DNA of 64,000 nt from a virus. Under the pieces are notes generated by a model. The model had not been told where the DNA came from. It made no database searches and saw nothing but the letters and a program-made list of their open reading frames with translations. Below are positions 1 to 9,651 of the stretch, one piece after another (position 1 is the stretch's first letter; each line of letters starts with the position of its first letter). The stretch is from the IMG/VR virus record IMGVR_UViG_3300012953_006207, positions 16,697-80,696 of that record. The stretch is one strand, 5' to 3'. Made by a program: the position numbers and the translations under genes.

Positions 1-32
1 TGAAAGAAGTACGCGAATTCTCCTTTTGGACA

Positions 33-392
33 TTGCTTCGTGCAAGTTGGAGAGGTCATGATGTAATCTTTGGGGTAACCAAAAGTAAAAGTGCAAAGGC
101 TATGCTCCAGCTAACGAACGAAATTAATAAAGACGTTAAAATTATCTTAATGCCAGAAGATTCAAACGCGCAAATAGAACCACCATCAAAGGAAGACTTT
201 GAATGCATGGAAAAATATTTCTACGAGGAAGGCTACTTTGAATTTATAGAAGAAATTTACAACCTACTAAACAACGAACCAAATAAAATAAACGAGACAT
301 GGTTCAACTCAAATCTAGCAAAAGTGCAAGCTCAAGCTGCAACCGCATGGTCTGAGAGAACCGAAGCTGAATACGGCAACAATGAGACCTAG
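33..392 (+). CDS. Hypothetical protein (may be 5'-truncated by the window edge)
   Basis: Open frame overlapping the next ORF; no motif recognised. Confidence 0.5.
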   Translation: MLRASWRGHDVIFGVTKSKSAKAMLQLTNEINKDVKIILMPEDSNAQIEPPSKEDFECMEKYFYEEGYFEFIEEIYNLLNNEPNKINETWFNSNLAKVQAQAATAWSERTEAEYGNNET

Positions 393-645
393 AAAAGCTA
401 CCAAAGAAATTCATGGTATCACCATACCCAATCCACCCAAAAAAGCTACGCATGTGGAATTGCTTGTTGAAGGAGGGAGGAAAGCAGTGGTAGGAATAAA
501 AGATTTTGATACGCTTTTAGGAACAGAGGGAATATTTCAATACATACAACGGAATAATTCTGGGAAAGTTGTAGAAAAATGGGAAAAGACATGGAAATGG
601 TCTGGAAAGGAAGTAGTCTGGGACATTTTGAAAAAATCATCTTGA
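382..645 (+). CDS. Hypothetical protein
   Basis: 87-aa ORF overlapping the upstream stop. Confidence 0.6.
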   Translation: MRPRKATKEIHGITIPNPPKKATHVELLVEGGRKAVVGIKDFDTLLGTEGIFQYIQRNNSGKVVEKWEKTWKWSGKEVVWDILKKSS

Positions 646-673
646 TTTTTTATTTAAATTAAACAATATTATT

Positions 674-764
674 ACGCTCTCTAGGGAATAGAGTTACGAG
701 AGATTCGTAGACGAAGGATTAATTTCTGTAGTTTCGTCCTTTCATTGAACACCCTAGAGAGTGT
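674..764 (+). ncRNA. Candidate small structured RNA or cis-element (3-way junction)
   Basis: ACGCTCTCTAGGG (674-686) pairs with CCCTAGAGAGTGT (752-764). The stem encloses the hairpins TACGA-GAGAT-TCGTA and GACGAA...TTCGTC and is followed by a T run. Confidence 0.45.
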
Positions 765-772
765 TTTTCTTA

Positions 773-1111
773 ATGGCTAAACTAGAAAAACCTTTTGACT
801 TCGACATAATGTCCTCTTACGAGGAGTTTGCTGAGCTAGAGCCAACTTCCTTGTATCAATGGGGTTCAGACAAATGGACTGGAGAAACTAAAGACGGTCA
901 CCTAATAGCGGTAAGTACTTCAAATGGTGCTCTTCAGCTTGCGAAGAGTGAAACTTACGACGGCCTTAAATACGCTAAGTTTTATCTAGTAGGAATTCTA
1001 AAAGACAAAAAATCAGTTATATCGGCTTCTTCCGCTCTATCAACTAAAGAAATATGCGAATTCATGTCTTGGAAAATTGACTACGATTACGTAATGGATT
1101 TCCTCAAGTAA
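773..1111 (+). CDS. Hypothetical protein
   Basis: ORF; the ATG at 773 (MAKLEK) is more plausible than the GTG at 761, which lies in the RNA stem. Confidence 0.6.
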   Translation: MAKLEKPFDFDIMSSYEEFAELEPTSLYQWGSDKWTGETKDGHLIAVSTSNGALQLAKSETYDGLKYAKFYLVGILKDKKSVISASSALSTKEICEFMSWKIDYDYVMDFLK

Positions 1112-2069
1112 ACACAGTTTTAATAACTTTATTACTAGCGAATTGCCAAGGCTGCTTCCGAAGTTTGTGATTCGCAGGAACAACTGAGTTAGGAACAGGA
1201 AAGACTATAGTGGGAGTATATTTATAAACTCCTACAGAATGAAATCGAAAATGATGATGACCTTTTGGCCCCTCTCCTTTTTCTACATAACTTCCTTCGA
1301 CTTGATTCATGTCGATGCACCTCCATCCACTTCTTTCGTAATATCTTTCTCTCGTTTCTGGATCAGTTTTGCTTAAGTTGTGAACTAATTGAACATGAGC
1401 ATCAGTTATAATTTCTTTACACCAATAGTTAAACGGGTAGTTTTCGCAATGAATTTCATGATCTCCGAAGGTAGTTCTGTCAGTCAAAGGAATGCATTTT
1501 GGAAGCCTTTCGAAAGGTAAGTTCCTAGCTTGATCCCACTTCAGCTTTGTTTCATACTCAGCGGATACACCAGATACAGAAAGGTCTACGTATTTGCATT
1601 TTCCTATGTCGGGTCTTTCGAACCATTTCTGATAAGTAATTCCATGATAATTTAATCTCCCATAGAATTCCATGTCTTGAAACATTGCGCCCCACCCCAT
1701 AAAGACATTATTTCCCCCAGAATCATAAAATGACCTTGGTATAATTTTATATCCACCATACATAAGAAAGCATATTTCATTTTGTCCCGTCCAAGAATAA
1801 TCTATGTTCTCTATGGGTATATTGTCTATGCCAACTAAAATCACGTAGTCACAACCTAGTTTTTCAAACGCAGTCCTAATTCCTACGTTTGAAGCTAGAT
1901 TAAAATTAAATGTAGTTTCGTGGTCTACTTGTTCAGCTAAAATAATTTCATAACTAGAAAACTTGGGAGACTTTGGGTGGGCTTCTAGATATTTCTTTGT
2001 TTTCTCTAAGAAGATAGGGAGATATCTTTCTCTCCTCTTACTAAAGGGTGCAACTATTCCCGCTTTCAC
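1104..2069 (-). CDS. Glycosyltransferase, GT7 (beta-1,4-galactosyltransferase)-like
   Basis: N-terminal IVAPF..R, IILAEQ, FN...SNVG and the N-x-F-x-GWG-x-D motif typical of GT7. GTG start 6 nt after a TTGAAA-17-TATTGT promoter. Confidence 0.65.
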   Translation of the reverse strand: MKAGIVAPFSKRRERYLPIFLEKTKKYLEAHPKSPKFSSYEIILAEQVDHETTFNFNLASNVGIRTAFEKLGCDYVILVGIDNIPIENIDYSWTGQNEICFLMYGGYKIIPRSFYDSGGNNVFMGWGAMFQDMEFYGRLNYHGITYQKWFERPDIGKCKYVDLSVSGVSAEYETKLKWDQARNLPFERLPKCIPLTDRTTFGDHEIHCENYPFNYWCKEIITDAHVQLVHNLSKTDPETRERYYERSGWRCIDMNQVEGSYVEKGEGPKGHHHFRFHSVGVYKYTPTIVFPVPNSVVPANHKLRKQPWQFASNKVIKTVFT

Positions 2070-2123
2070 GCTTGAACAATATCAAAAACCCTGTATGATT
2101 TCAACTAAATAACAAGAACTGAC

Positions 2124-2864
2124 ATGTCGAGAATTAACCCCAATTTAGACTTACAGCACATTAAGAATGAGTACATCAAAAACGATAAATTCGTAATAGT
2201 TAGAGACTTTTTAAAACCAGAATACATAGAAAAATTAAGAAACTTTTACAATAACGTTCACGATGAAAGCTGGTGGTCTTGGATGTTTTTCCCTGAGCCG
2301 AGCGTAATATCTGAAAATAAATGGCAATCAACTGTCCTTAAAAACACCCCAGAGAACAAAGAAAAGGTTGAAGCTAAACGTAAAGAGTTAGCTAAGATAA
2401 GAGATGCGGGAGGATGTTTTTCTTACATATACCAAAGAGTTTTTTATGGTGACCACTGGGAACACTGCGATTGTCCTGAATGTGATAACTGGAAAGGTTT
2501 TTTAATTCAACCTGAGATGCTTAATTTTTTAGAGTTTGTCTCTGACTTTAAAGAGCTTAGGGCTGGAGAACTTTTTACTAGCAGACTTCAAAAAGGTGAC
2601 TGGAACGGCCCCCACCATGATTTCCAAAAAGGAAGAGTCACTATTGTTTTAAATCTATCAGAGGGCTTTAAACCTGAGGACGGCGGAGCATTCTACTCAA
2701 TGGAAGAAGATTACTGCACGATAAAAGGCTTCGAGCCACCAACGTTCAACTCTTTAGTTTTATTTGACGTATCCGAGAGACCTAATGGAAAAGGCTTGCC
2801 TCATGTCGTTACCCCATTAAAGGCGAATAAAAAACGGGTAGCTATAACAGGCTGGTATCTTTAA
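2124..2864 (+). CDS. 2OG-Fe(II) oxygenase (prolyl-hydroxylase-like)
   Basis: HxD (PHHD), P.FNSLVLF, PHVV and R.AITGW motifs. Confidence 0.85.
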   Translation: MSRINPNLDLQHIKNEYIKNDKFVIVRDFLKPEYIEKLRNFYNNVHDESWWSWMFFPEPSVISENKWQSTVLKNTPENKEKVEAKRKELAKIRDAGGCFSYIYQRVFYGDHWEHCDCPECDNWKGFLIQPEMLNFLEFVSDFKELRAGELFTSRLQKGDWNGPHHDFQKGRVTIVLNLSEGFKPEDGGAFYSMEEDYCTIKGFEPPTFNSLVLFDVSERPNGKGLPHVVTPLKANKKRVAITGWYL

Positions 2865-2870
2865 CTTAGC

Positions 2871-3590
2871 ATGAAAACAATATGCTTAACTTTCGATGAT
2901 GGAGTGCAATCTCACTATGATGTTGCTCTACCATTATTAAAGAAGCATAAATTAAAAGGCACTTTTTTTATCACCGGAGACCCTAATGTTTGGCATTGGC
3001 ATTTCGACTCTATTAAAAAAGGTATGGAGGAATCTGCTATGGATTTTAGTAAACTTCATGAATTTGTAGAAGCTGGACTTGAATTAGGCAACCACAGCTT
3101 TAGCCATCCCAACTTCACGAAGCTAAATAAAGATCAAATAATAAACGAACTAAAAGATGTAGACAGAATCTTTCTCATGAATGGAGTTCACCCTGCTACT
3201 ACTTTCTGCTACCCAGCTTACGATACAAATGATTTTGTCGCAGAAGTCCTTAGTTCTTGCGGTATAACTCACGCCAGAACAGGTTATATTTATAAAGAAG
3301 ATATTTGGGCTGACTGGAGACTTAATCACCCACCTGTCATGGAGCCAAAACCTAAGCCGAATTATTACGACCCGAAAACACCTTTACTTACTCGCTGCAC
3401 AGGCATACTGAATTGTCTGTACGGCTATGAGTATTTTGTCGAAGATATCGAGCGGATGCCAGAGGATGCTAAGGCTATTTTTGCTTTTCATGGTTTAAAG
3501 AAGAAGAATCTTCTAGAGGATTTTGAAAATATAATCAAATATATCGTTGATAACAATTTAAATACAATTAACTTTAGAGACTTAAAATGA
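2871..3590 (+). CDS. Polysaccharide deacetylase (CE4/NodB)
   Basis: LTFDDG, GTFF, ELGNHSFSH and FCYP motifs. Confidence 0.9.
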   Translation: MKTICLTFDDGVQSHYDVALPLLKKHKLKGTFFITGDPNVWHWHFDSIKKGMEESAMDFSKLHEFVEAGLELGNHSFSHPNFTKLNKDQIINELKDVDRIFLMNGVHPATTFCYPAYDTNDFVAEVLSSCGITHARTGYIYKEDIWADWRLNHPPVMEPKPKPNYYDPKTPLLTRCTGILNCLYGYEYFVEDIERMPEDAKAIFAFHGLKKKNLLEDFENIIKYIVDNNLNTINFRDLK

Positions 3591-4129
3591 ACGAAATAAA
3601 TATAGAACTATATGTACCCTCCAGAGAAGTGCCTGACCGCACACCAAAAGCTGTAATTGATGGTATGTCAGAATTCATACAAGGCAAAGTAGTTTGCGAT
3701 CTCGGCTGCGCCGAAGGAGACACTATGGTATTTATGAGCAAATACGCCAAAGAGGTTATTGGCTTCGAATTTGATAAAGCTCGCGGTTCAGTAGCGGAAG
3801 AAAAAGGGTTAAACGTTGTCTACGGGGATTATTTTAAAGACGACCTACCAGAAGCCGAAGTGTATTATTTTTGGCCAGACGAAGGAGCTAAAGTTAACGA
3901 ATTTTTAATTAACAAAATTCATTCAAACGAGAACTGGAACGGGACAATAATCGTAGGGGGAGATAAGAGTTTTTACCCAGAGCCAGAAATTCTAGAAGAA
4001 CAAGTTAGAAAATGGAAGGGAGACATAAAGGATATTAGCTGGGAGGAGAAAAAAACAGACCATCATCGTAGTGGCAGCGGAGTATTTTCGCTTTGCATCA
4101 TAATAAAACCTAACCCCGGTTTAACTTAA
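3587..4129 (+). CDS. Class I SAM-dependent methyltransferase
   Basis: VCDLGCAEG motif I. Confidence 0.75.
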   Translation: MNEINIELYVPSREVPDRTPKAVIDGMSEFIQGKVVCDLGCAEGDTMVFMSKYAKEVIGFEFDKARGSVAEEKGLNVVYGDYFKDDLPEAEVYYFWPDEGAKVNEFLINKIHSNENWNGTIIVGGDKSFYPEPEILEEQVRKWKGDIKDISWEEKKTDHHRSGSGVFSLCIIIKPNPGLT

Positions 4130-4845
4130 TGTCTGAAAAAAATATATGTATCTTCATATTAAGTAACCATAGGTCTGGCACTTCTGCCACTGGTGGATGT
4201 CTAAATATTTGCGGGATAGACTACGGAAAGAGCAAGCATCCTTTCAAAGGCGAAGGTACTCAATGGAACTCAAAGGGTTACTTTGAAAACACCGCTTTCT
4301 CAAGTAAGCATAACGAAATACTAGAATCCTTTGGCCAAAGCTGGAAAAGTCCTTGGCAGATTACAGAAGAACAAGACCAATCCTTATTTCTTAACGATAA
4401 ATACGCTTCACAAATAATAGACTTAATAAATAAAGAATTTGATTCAAATGTTTTCTACATAAAAGACCCAAGGATACTTTTTTTATATCCTGTATATGTA
4501 AACGTCTTAAAGAAAGCCAATATAATCCCTTACTTTCTATGGATAGAAAGAGATGTAGAATCAATTTTAAAGTCGCTATGGCGGAGAGGTCATACTGGCT
4601 GGCATAACGACAGAGAGCTAGGTCTTATGCACCACTACAAACATGTAAGTAGATTCAACAAGCTCTTAGGAAGCTGCGCTTCTGAGCGCATACCTTTTAA
4701 ATTTACCACGCTTAACTATCAATCTTTAGTAGCAAACCCAGTGCTTGAACTAAATAAAATAGATGAAATTTTTAATTTAAATCTTGTGAGCGGTAACGAA
4801 AAAGAAATAACTTCATTTATAGATGGAAAATTGAAACATTTCTAA
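4129..4845 (+). CDS. Sulfotransferase family protein
   Basis: HRSGTS PAPS-binding loop, N.KGYFE and IKDPR motifs. Confidence 0.8.
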   Translation: MSEKNICIFILSNHRSGTSATGGCLNICGIDYGKSKHPFKGEGTQWNSKGYFENTAFSSKHNEILESFGQSWKSPWQITEEQDQSLFLNDKYASQIIDLINKEFDSNVFYIKDPRILFLYPVYVNVLKKANIIPYFLWIERDVESILKSLWRRGHTGWHNDRELGLMHHYKHVSRFNKLLGSCASERIPFKFTTLNYQSLVANPVLELNKIDEIFNLNLVSGNEKEITSFIDGKLKHF

Positions 4846-5864
4846 TGAAAAAAACTCCCCAAAAAGAAACAAGCACTCCAGTGGGGTTTCACTGGCTTGA
4901 ATACTTGTCTCTAAACCCTGATATCCAGCACCTCGACAGGTTTCAGGCTGTAAAGCATTGGATAGAAAAAGGGCAATTCGAGAATAGAATTTATCACATG
5001 AAAAATAAAATTCGTGTGAGCGATGCATCTACGAATAAACATCATAGCACTCTCGTATATTCAGCTATAATAGGTAATTACGAGGAGCCTAAACGACCAA
5101 ATATAAAGCTAAACAATAACACCCCCTTTGTTTTGCTCAACGATACATATGGCGATGGAATACCTGCTCATGACAATCGCCACAAAGCTAGACACGTTAA
5201 AATTTTAGGCTACAAAAATTTCCTACAAAAGAACACAATATGGATAGATGGCAGTTTTATACTGAACTGTAACCCAAATCATCTCCTGAAAGAAATTGAT
5301 TTTGAAGATTACGATATAGCCGTACCGAAGCATAGAATAAGAAATAACGCTCTTGAAGAAGCTGAACAAATTCTAAGGAACGAGACTGACTATGTGACCC
5401 GAGGCAAAATTGAACGTCAAATAGACATTTACAAAAAAAGAGGATATAAGTTTGATAACGGCCTAGCAGAAACAGGAATTCTAGTCCGAAAGAACACTAA
5501 TCCAGTAAACGAATTTTGCGACTTATGGTGGAAACAAATTTGCGACCACAGCTTAAGAGATCAACTTAGTTTTAATTATTGTTTGTGGGTGATGGAAAAG
5601 CAGGGGAAACCATTAAAAGTTAAATACATAGATAAATCTTACTGGAGACGACCCATTGTTAGCGTAATTGAAGAAGAATGCCCCAAAGAATTACCCAAGG
5701 ACTTTCATTATTTAGAGTACGAAAAGCTAAACGCGGACATTGCGAGAGACAATCTCTCAAGAGAAGAAATCGAAAAACATTGGATAAAATGGGGGCAAAG
5801 GGAAGGCAGAGAGTACAGTCTGGAAGATGCTAAAAATAGACATTTCATATACATACCTCACTAG
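4845..5864 (+). CDS. DUF616-type glycosyltransferase flanked by two F..Y...N.D...HW..G..E.R repeats
   Basis: VYSAIIGNYE, WIDG, H..RN...EEA and RDQLSFNY motifs; repeat present at both ends. Confidence 0.75.
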   Translation: MKKTPQKETSTPVGFHWLEYLSLNPDIQHLDRFQAVKHWIEKGQFENRIYHMKNKIRVSDASTNKHHSTLVYSAIIGNYEEPKRPNIKLNNNTPFVLLNDTYGDGIPAHDNRHKARHVKILGYKNFLQKNTIWIDGSFILNCNPNHLLKEIDFEDYDIAVPKHRIRNNALEEAEQILRNETDYVTRGKIERQIDIYKKRGYKFDNGLAETGILVRKNTNPVNEFCDLWWKQICDHSLRDQLSFNYCLWVMEKQGKPLKVKYIDKSYWRRPIVSVIEEECPKELPKDFHYLEYEKLNADIARDNLSREEIEKHWIKWGQREGREYSLEDAKNRHFIYIPH

Positions 5865-5911
5865 ACTTTTGCCAGATGTCATTTTTCGGCCAAATAAGTG
5901 TATTCATATAT

Positions 5912-6106
5912 ATGAACAAGCTTTCCAAGGGCGACCAGAAACTATTGCTCCAACTTTTAGCCAATCAAATAAAAGAATCTCATTTCAACTCTTTGCGCTA
6001 TCATTCAGAGTCATATTACGAAAGAACCGTTAGCTTACAGAGAATATTTAATATATTAAGTCATGAAGCTTCGGACATAGGAAGGATTAAATTTGATTTA
6101 TTTTAA
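5912..6106 (+). CDS. Small hypothetical protein
   Basis: ATG at 5912 follows a GTGTAT motif at 5898. Confidence 0.5.
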   Translation: MNKLSKGDQKLLLQLLANQIKESHFNSLRYHSESYYERTVSLQRIFNILSHEASDIGRIKFDLF

Positions 6107-6776
6107 TATACCTTGGGCAGAAGATCAAAACATAGTGGAGGCTTACAATAAGTTTATGGAGGTCATACCTAACGACAGTGACTTTGCTTGTTTTGTAGAC
6201 GGAGACGCAATGTTTGCGAATGCATTCTTCGGAGCAATGCTTTATGAAATTATAGAAAAGCACTCAGACAAAAACTTTTTTTCTTCTTATGTTAGCAGGT
6301 GCGCTTATGATGGCGCGGGAGCTTGGATGATTCCAGATGATCAAGAATGCCGTTCAATAAAGGTATCCCGAAAAGATATAGTAGAAAGTAATGATATGAA
6401 ATTTCATAGAGATGTCGGTAAATCTTTATGGAAAAAAAATAAAACTAGTTTAATTAAAATAGATGAGCCTTTCCTGAAAGAACGAAAAACTTCTAGCGGA
6501 GACCTAAGCTATTTTTCAGGCACTTGTTTTTTAATAAGGAAATCTCTTTGGAAAAAAATAAACAAATTTAAATCTTTTTGGAGACAAGGAAGCGATCTAA
6601 ACACTCGCTTCTTCGGGGTAGACAATAGGATTCATAAAGACGTGTTAGAATACGGCGAGTCTCTTTATTTAATGAGAGGAGTATACTCTTACCACTGGTA
6701 CAGAAACATTCATACAAAGCAAGAGTTTTACGATTATTCACGCGCTTCGCACGAACACAAAGTAATTAGTTTATAA
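6093..6776 (+). CDS. GT-A fold glycosyltransferase
   Basis: CFVDGDA DxD motif, SG.CFLIRKSLW and GVDN. Confidence 0.65.
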   Translation: MIYFNIPWAEDQNIVEAYNKFMEVIPNDSDFACFVDGDAMFANAFFGAMLYEIIEKHSDKNFFSSYVSRCAYDGAGAWMIPDDQECRSIKVSRKDIVESNDMKFHRDVGKSLWKKNKTSLIKIDEPFLKERKTSSGDLSYFSGTCFLIRKSLWKKINKFKSFWRQGSDLNTRFFGVDNRIHKDVLEYGESLYLMRGVYSYHWYRNIHTKQEFYDYSRASHEHKVISL

Positions 6777-6791
6777 ATTTTATTTTTCATA

Positions 6792-7442
6792 TCAACCTTC
6801 AAATTTGTACCCGAAATACTCAATGTCTCGCGCATATTTTTTCGTAACGATTTGTTTTGTTTCATTATCGTAATATTCGGTATAGTGTTTGCGCTTTGAT
6901 TTGTTTAAGTGCGGAAGTTGCTTTTGTAAAATTCCAGCTTTATCGCAAACAACATTAAAGTCTTCTTGGAAGTTTTCGAATCTGCCTATAAAATCTATAT
7001 TGTCTAAGCTAATTACTTGTCTCTCAAATTTATCAATTTGTGATTCCCAGTGGTCGTCAAAGTTTTTTTGAGTAAAATTTACAAAATCTTTAAAATTAAA
7101 TTTATTTATATCGGGATTCTTTTCGTTAAAAAAGTCACGGATATTTTGATCTTGTGGAATGTTCCTGTAACAGGCTCCATTGTTTAATTCTAAAATTCTT
7201 CTGCATAAGTGGGTGTATCTTGAAACTAACCTTGAATAAGGGTTTCTAACAAAAGTAAAAATATAATTTAAATCAGAAAGATCGACTTCAATTAACTCTC
7301 TATTTGTATACCCATGTTTTTGCAATTTTTTTCCAATAGAAGTATTTCCTGCTTTATGATTTACAATGTATAGTACTTTTGTATTTTCGTTTAGTGATCC
7401 ATATACTTCACGTTTCATATTTATATTAAAACTAAACCTCAC
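6792..7442 (-). CDS. Sulfotransferase_2 family protein
   Basis: KAGNTS, FTFVRNPYSRLVS, DFIGRFE and Y..D...FGY motifs. Confidence 0.85.
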   Translation of the reverse strand: MRFSFNINMKREVYGSLNENTKVLYIVNHKAGNTSIGKKLQKHGYTNRELIEVDLSDLNYIFTFVRNPYSRLVSRYTHLCRRILELNNGACYRNIPQDQNIRDFFNEKNPDINKFNFKDFVNFTQKNFDDHWESQIDKFERQVISLDNIDFIGRFENFQEDFNVVCDKAGILQKQLPHLNKSKRKHYTEYYDNETKQIVTKKYARDIEYFGYKFEG

Positions 7443-8044
7443 TACTCTCCAAATTTGTAGCCAAAATACTCAATATCCTTTGCGTATTTCTCTGCAATAA
7501 TCTGCTTTGTTTCTTCGTCGTAGTATTCGGTGTAGTGCTTGTGCTCCGTTCTGTTATGATGCGGGAGTTGTTGTCTTGGGATTCCTATCTTATCACAAAC
7601 AACATTAAAGCCTTCTTGGAGTTTTTCAAATTTTATAACTACATCAGCGATAAATTTTCCAGATTTATCAATTAGTATATCAACTTGATTACGTGTTATA
7701 TGTCTGTAATCATGACCCGCAGGGCCAGTTTGATATTGTGGCAAATTCAAAGCTGTTTCTTTCAATGATAGACCTTTAATCAAAGTACTTTCGATAACTT
7801 TAGGAAGGGGTTTTTGTAAATATTTCCACGCGCTTACAAATTTGTCCCACGGATTTCTTGATACTACGAATATTAAATAATCAGAATATTTAATTAAATC
7901 TTCATCTTTGAATTCTGGGCTATCGACTCCATCGATAAAAGCAGTATTGGGAATATCATGCATAGACAATGCGTTAAGTATGGAAGTTTGCCCACACTTT
8001 CTTTGATGAATAAAGATAAATTTGTGTTTATGGCTGATCATCAC
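7442..8044 (-). CDS. Sulfotransferase_2 family protein
   Basis: SHKHKFIFIH..KCG.TS and RNPWDKFVS motifs; C-terminus nearly identical to the neighbour. Confidence 0.85.
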   Translation of the reverse strand: MMISHKHKFIFIHQRKCGQTSILNALSMHDIPNTAFIDGVDSPEFKDEDLIKYSDYLIFVVSRNPWDKFVSAWKYLQKPLPKVIESTLIKGLSLKETALNLPQYQTGPAGHDYRHITRNQVDILIDKSGKFIADVVIKFEKLQEGFNVVCDKIGIPRQQLPHHNRTEHKHYTEYYDEETKQIIAEKYAKDIEYFGYKFGE

Positions 8045-8840
8045 CTTCGTAACGTTCTTTAACTATTTGTATTATATCTTCTTTAGATTTTTTCCTAATA
8101 CTTTTACGTAGGTCATGATTAGTTTCTATTTCAGGGTCTGAAAAGCTTATGTGATAAATGTCTCCTATCGTCTTACATAAGTTACCGCTCGTATTAGGAT
8201 CATAAATAAGATTTATCATTTTATCTTTGTTAAAACCTAGTCTCCAACATAGATCATTTTTATCGTTTTGTCCGAAAGGTATACTCTCATCAAATTTTTC
8301 CTTTGATGCCTTTGTGAATGCCAACATTGGCTCAGAATCTATGAGTTTATCAAAATCTGGTTTCCCGTTTTCCACAGGAACTCTTTTGGCCATTAATGCA
8401 TAGTAATTAAAATCACCTTCGTCAGAGGTTAAGCCTTTGCATATATCGTCAAATAATTTTGATGTAAAAAAACAATCTCCGTCTAAACAAAATAAATATT
8501 TACCTCTCGACAAGCCCTCTTTTATAGCCACGTTTCTTGCGTTGTTTATATTTGTTAAGTAATGAAATTTGTGCTCGAAAGTTCCCAAAGGCTTATACTC
8601 ATTATAAAGGAAAGGAATTTCTATATGGTCATGCCTGAACTTCTCCAATAATAATTTTATGTCATTTAGGTAATCTGTATCAAAAATACGATTTAAAACC
8701 CAAATTCTTTTAAAATTTATCTCCTTTTCCTTTTCGAGTATGTAACTCAATTCAGTTAATCGAGAGATGCGAGAAGATTTCGGCGGGGTATAATTACCAA
8801 GCACTCTAGCAACTACTATATCGTGATTGTTAGTGTTCAT
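8028..8840 (-). CDS. Putative glycosyltransferase (GT-A)
   Basis: NNARN.AI..G and LDGDCFF (DxD) motifs. Confidence 0.6.
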   Translation of the reverse strand: MNTNNHDIVVARVLGNYTPPKSSRISRLTELSYILEKEKEINFKRIWVLNRIFDTDYLNDIKLLLEKFRHDHIEIPFLYNEYKPLGTFEHKFHYLTNINNARNVAIKEGLSRGKYLFCLDGDCFFTSKLFDDICKGLTSDEGDFNYYALMAKRVPVENGKPDFDKLIDSEPMLAFTKASKEKFDESIPFGQNDKNDLCWRLGFNKDKMINLIYDPNTSGNLCKTIGDIYHISFSDPEIETNHDLRKSIRKKSKEDIIQIVKERYEGDDQP

Positions 8841-9651
8841 CGGCTCCCGATTTAATGCTGTTGTTTTGTGAGTCTAAGTCTCCAACAAGGTATGCATCAG
8901 TAAGCAATTGTTTGTGCGTCTCTGACTTGGAGAACTTTCTCAGTTTCTCTAATGATTTGTCCCACTTTGCAAATTTAGCGTAAGATGGAAATAACATTCC
9001 GTAAGCTACCCGCCTCATGGGAGCACCAGCTTTCATTTTAGATTGACCGTGGCAAAGGTTCTCTGGAAATATTATTACATCTCCTGCATTTAATTTTGGT
9101 ATAGTTACCTTATCGAAGAAGTTGGAATCTTCCTTTAAAAAAGACTGTAGTACATCTTGACCTCTCGCAAAATAAGAGCTTTTATGCGACCCTCTTATGT
9201 AGCCAAGTCCGCCCGTAGAAGGTTCTTGGCCTTTCAATATTATTCCAACTGATAGCTGTCCCGTTCTCGTCCAGCACGGAGAATCTAAACTTTCAGTTCC
9301 TTGCGTTAAATAATAATGTATAGCGTCTTTGCCAAATGATTTTCCATGCAAATGATTGAACGGGTCTGTTGAAGCTTCCTGCTCTACTATAAATCCATGA
9401 TCTAATCTAAAGTTTTTGCCTAAACATTCTCGCGCTATACTTGTTATTTTTTCATCAACGAAGAAGTCTATGAATACTTCATGACTTTCAAACACGTCTA
9501 ATATTTTATATCCACCATCTTTTCTTTTCTCTTTGGCGTTATCTATAACGGAATTAGCTAAATCAATTCTTTCTTTAGAAAATGCATTTCTTTTTATAAG
9601 CATTCCAAAGCAATCGAAAAAATATAAATCTTGTGAAATCATAACTACCAA
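8830..9651 (-). CDS. PhyH-like 2OG-Fe(II) dioxygenase
   Basis: LHG, GGL.YI.GSHK, L.AGDVIIF.E.L.HG and RR motifs. Confidence 0.8.
   Translation of the reverse strand: MVVMISQDLYFFDCFGMLIKRNAFSKERIDLANSVIDNAKEKRKDGGYKILDVFESHEVFIDFFVDEKITSIARECLGKNFRLDHGFIVEQEASTDPFNHLHGKSFGKDAIHYYLTQGTESLDSPCWTRTGQLSVGIILKGQEPSTGGLGYIRGSHKSSYFARGQDVLQSFLKEDSNFFDKVTIPKLNAGDVIIFPENLCHGQSKMKAGAPMRRVAYGMLFPSYAKFAKWDKSLEKLRKFSKSETHKQLLTDAYLVGDLDSQNNSIKSGADEH

Noticed and set aside
731-748. Hammerhead ribozyme on the minus strand (GGACGAAAC)
   Set aside because: No CUGANGA core and no stem II partner in the right place
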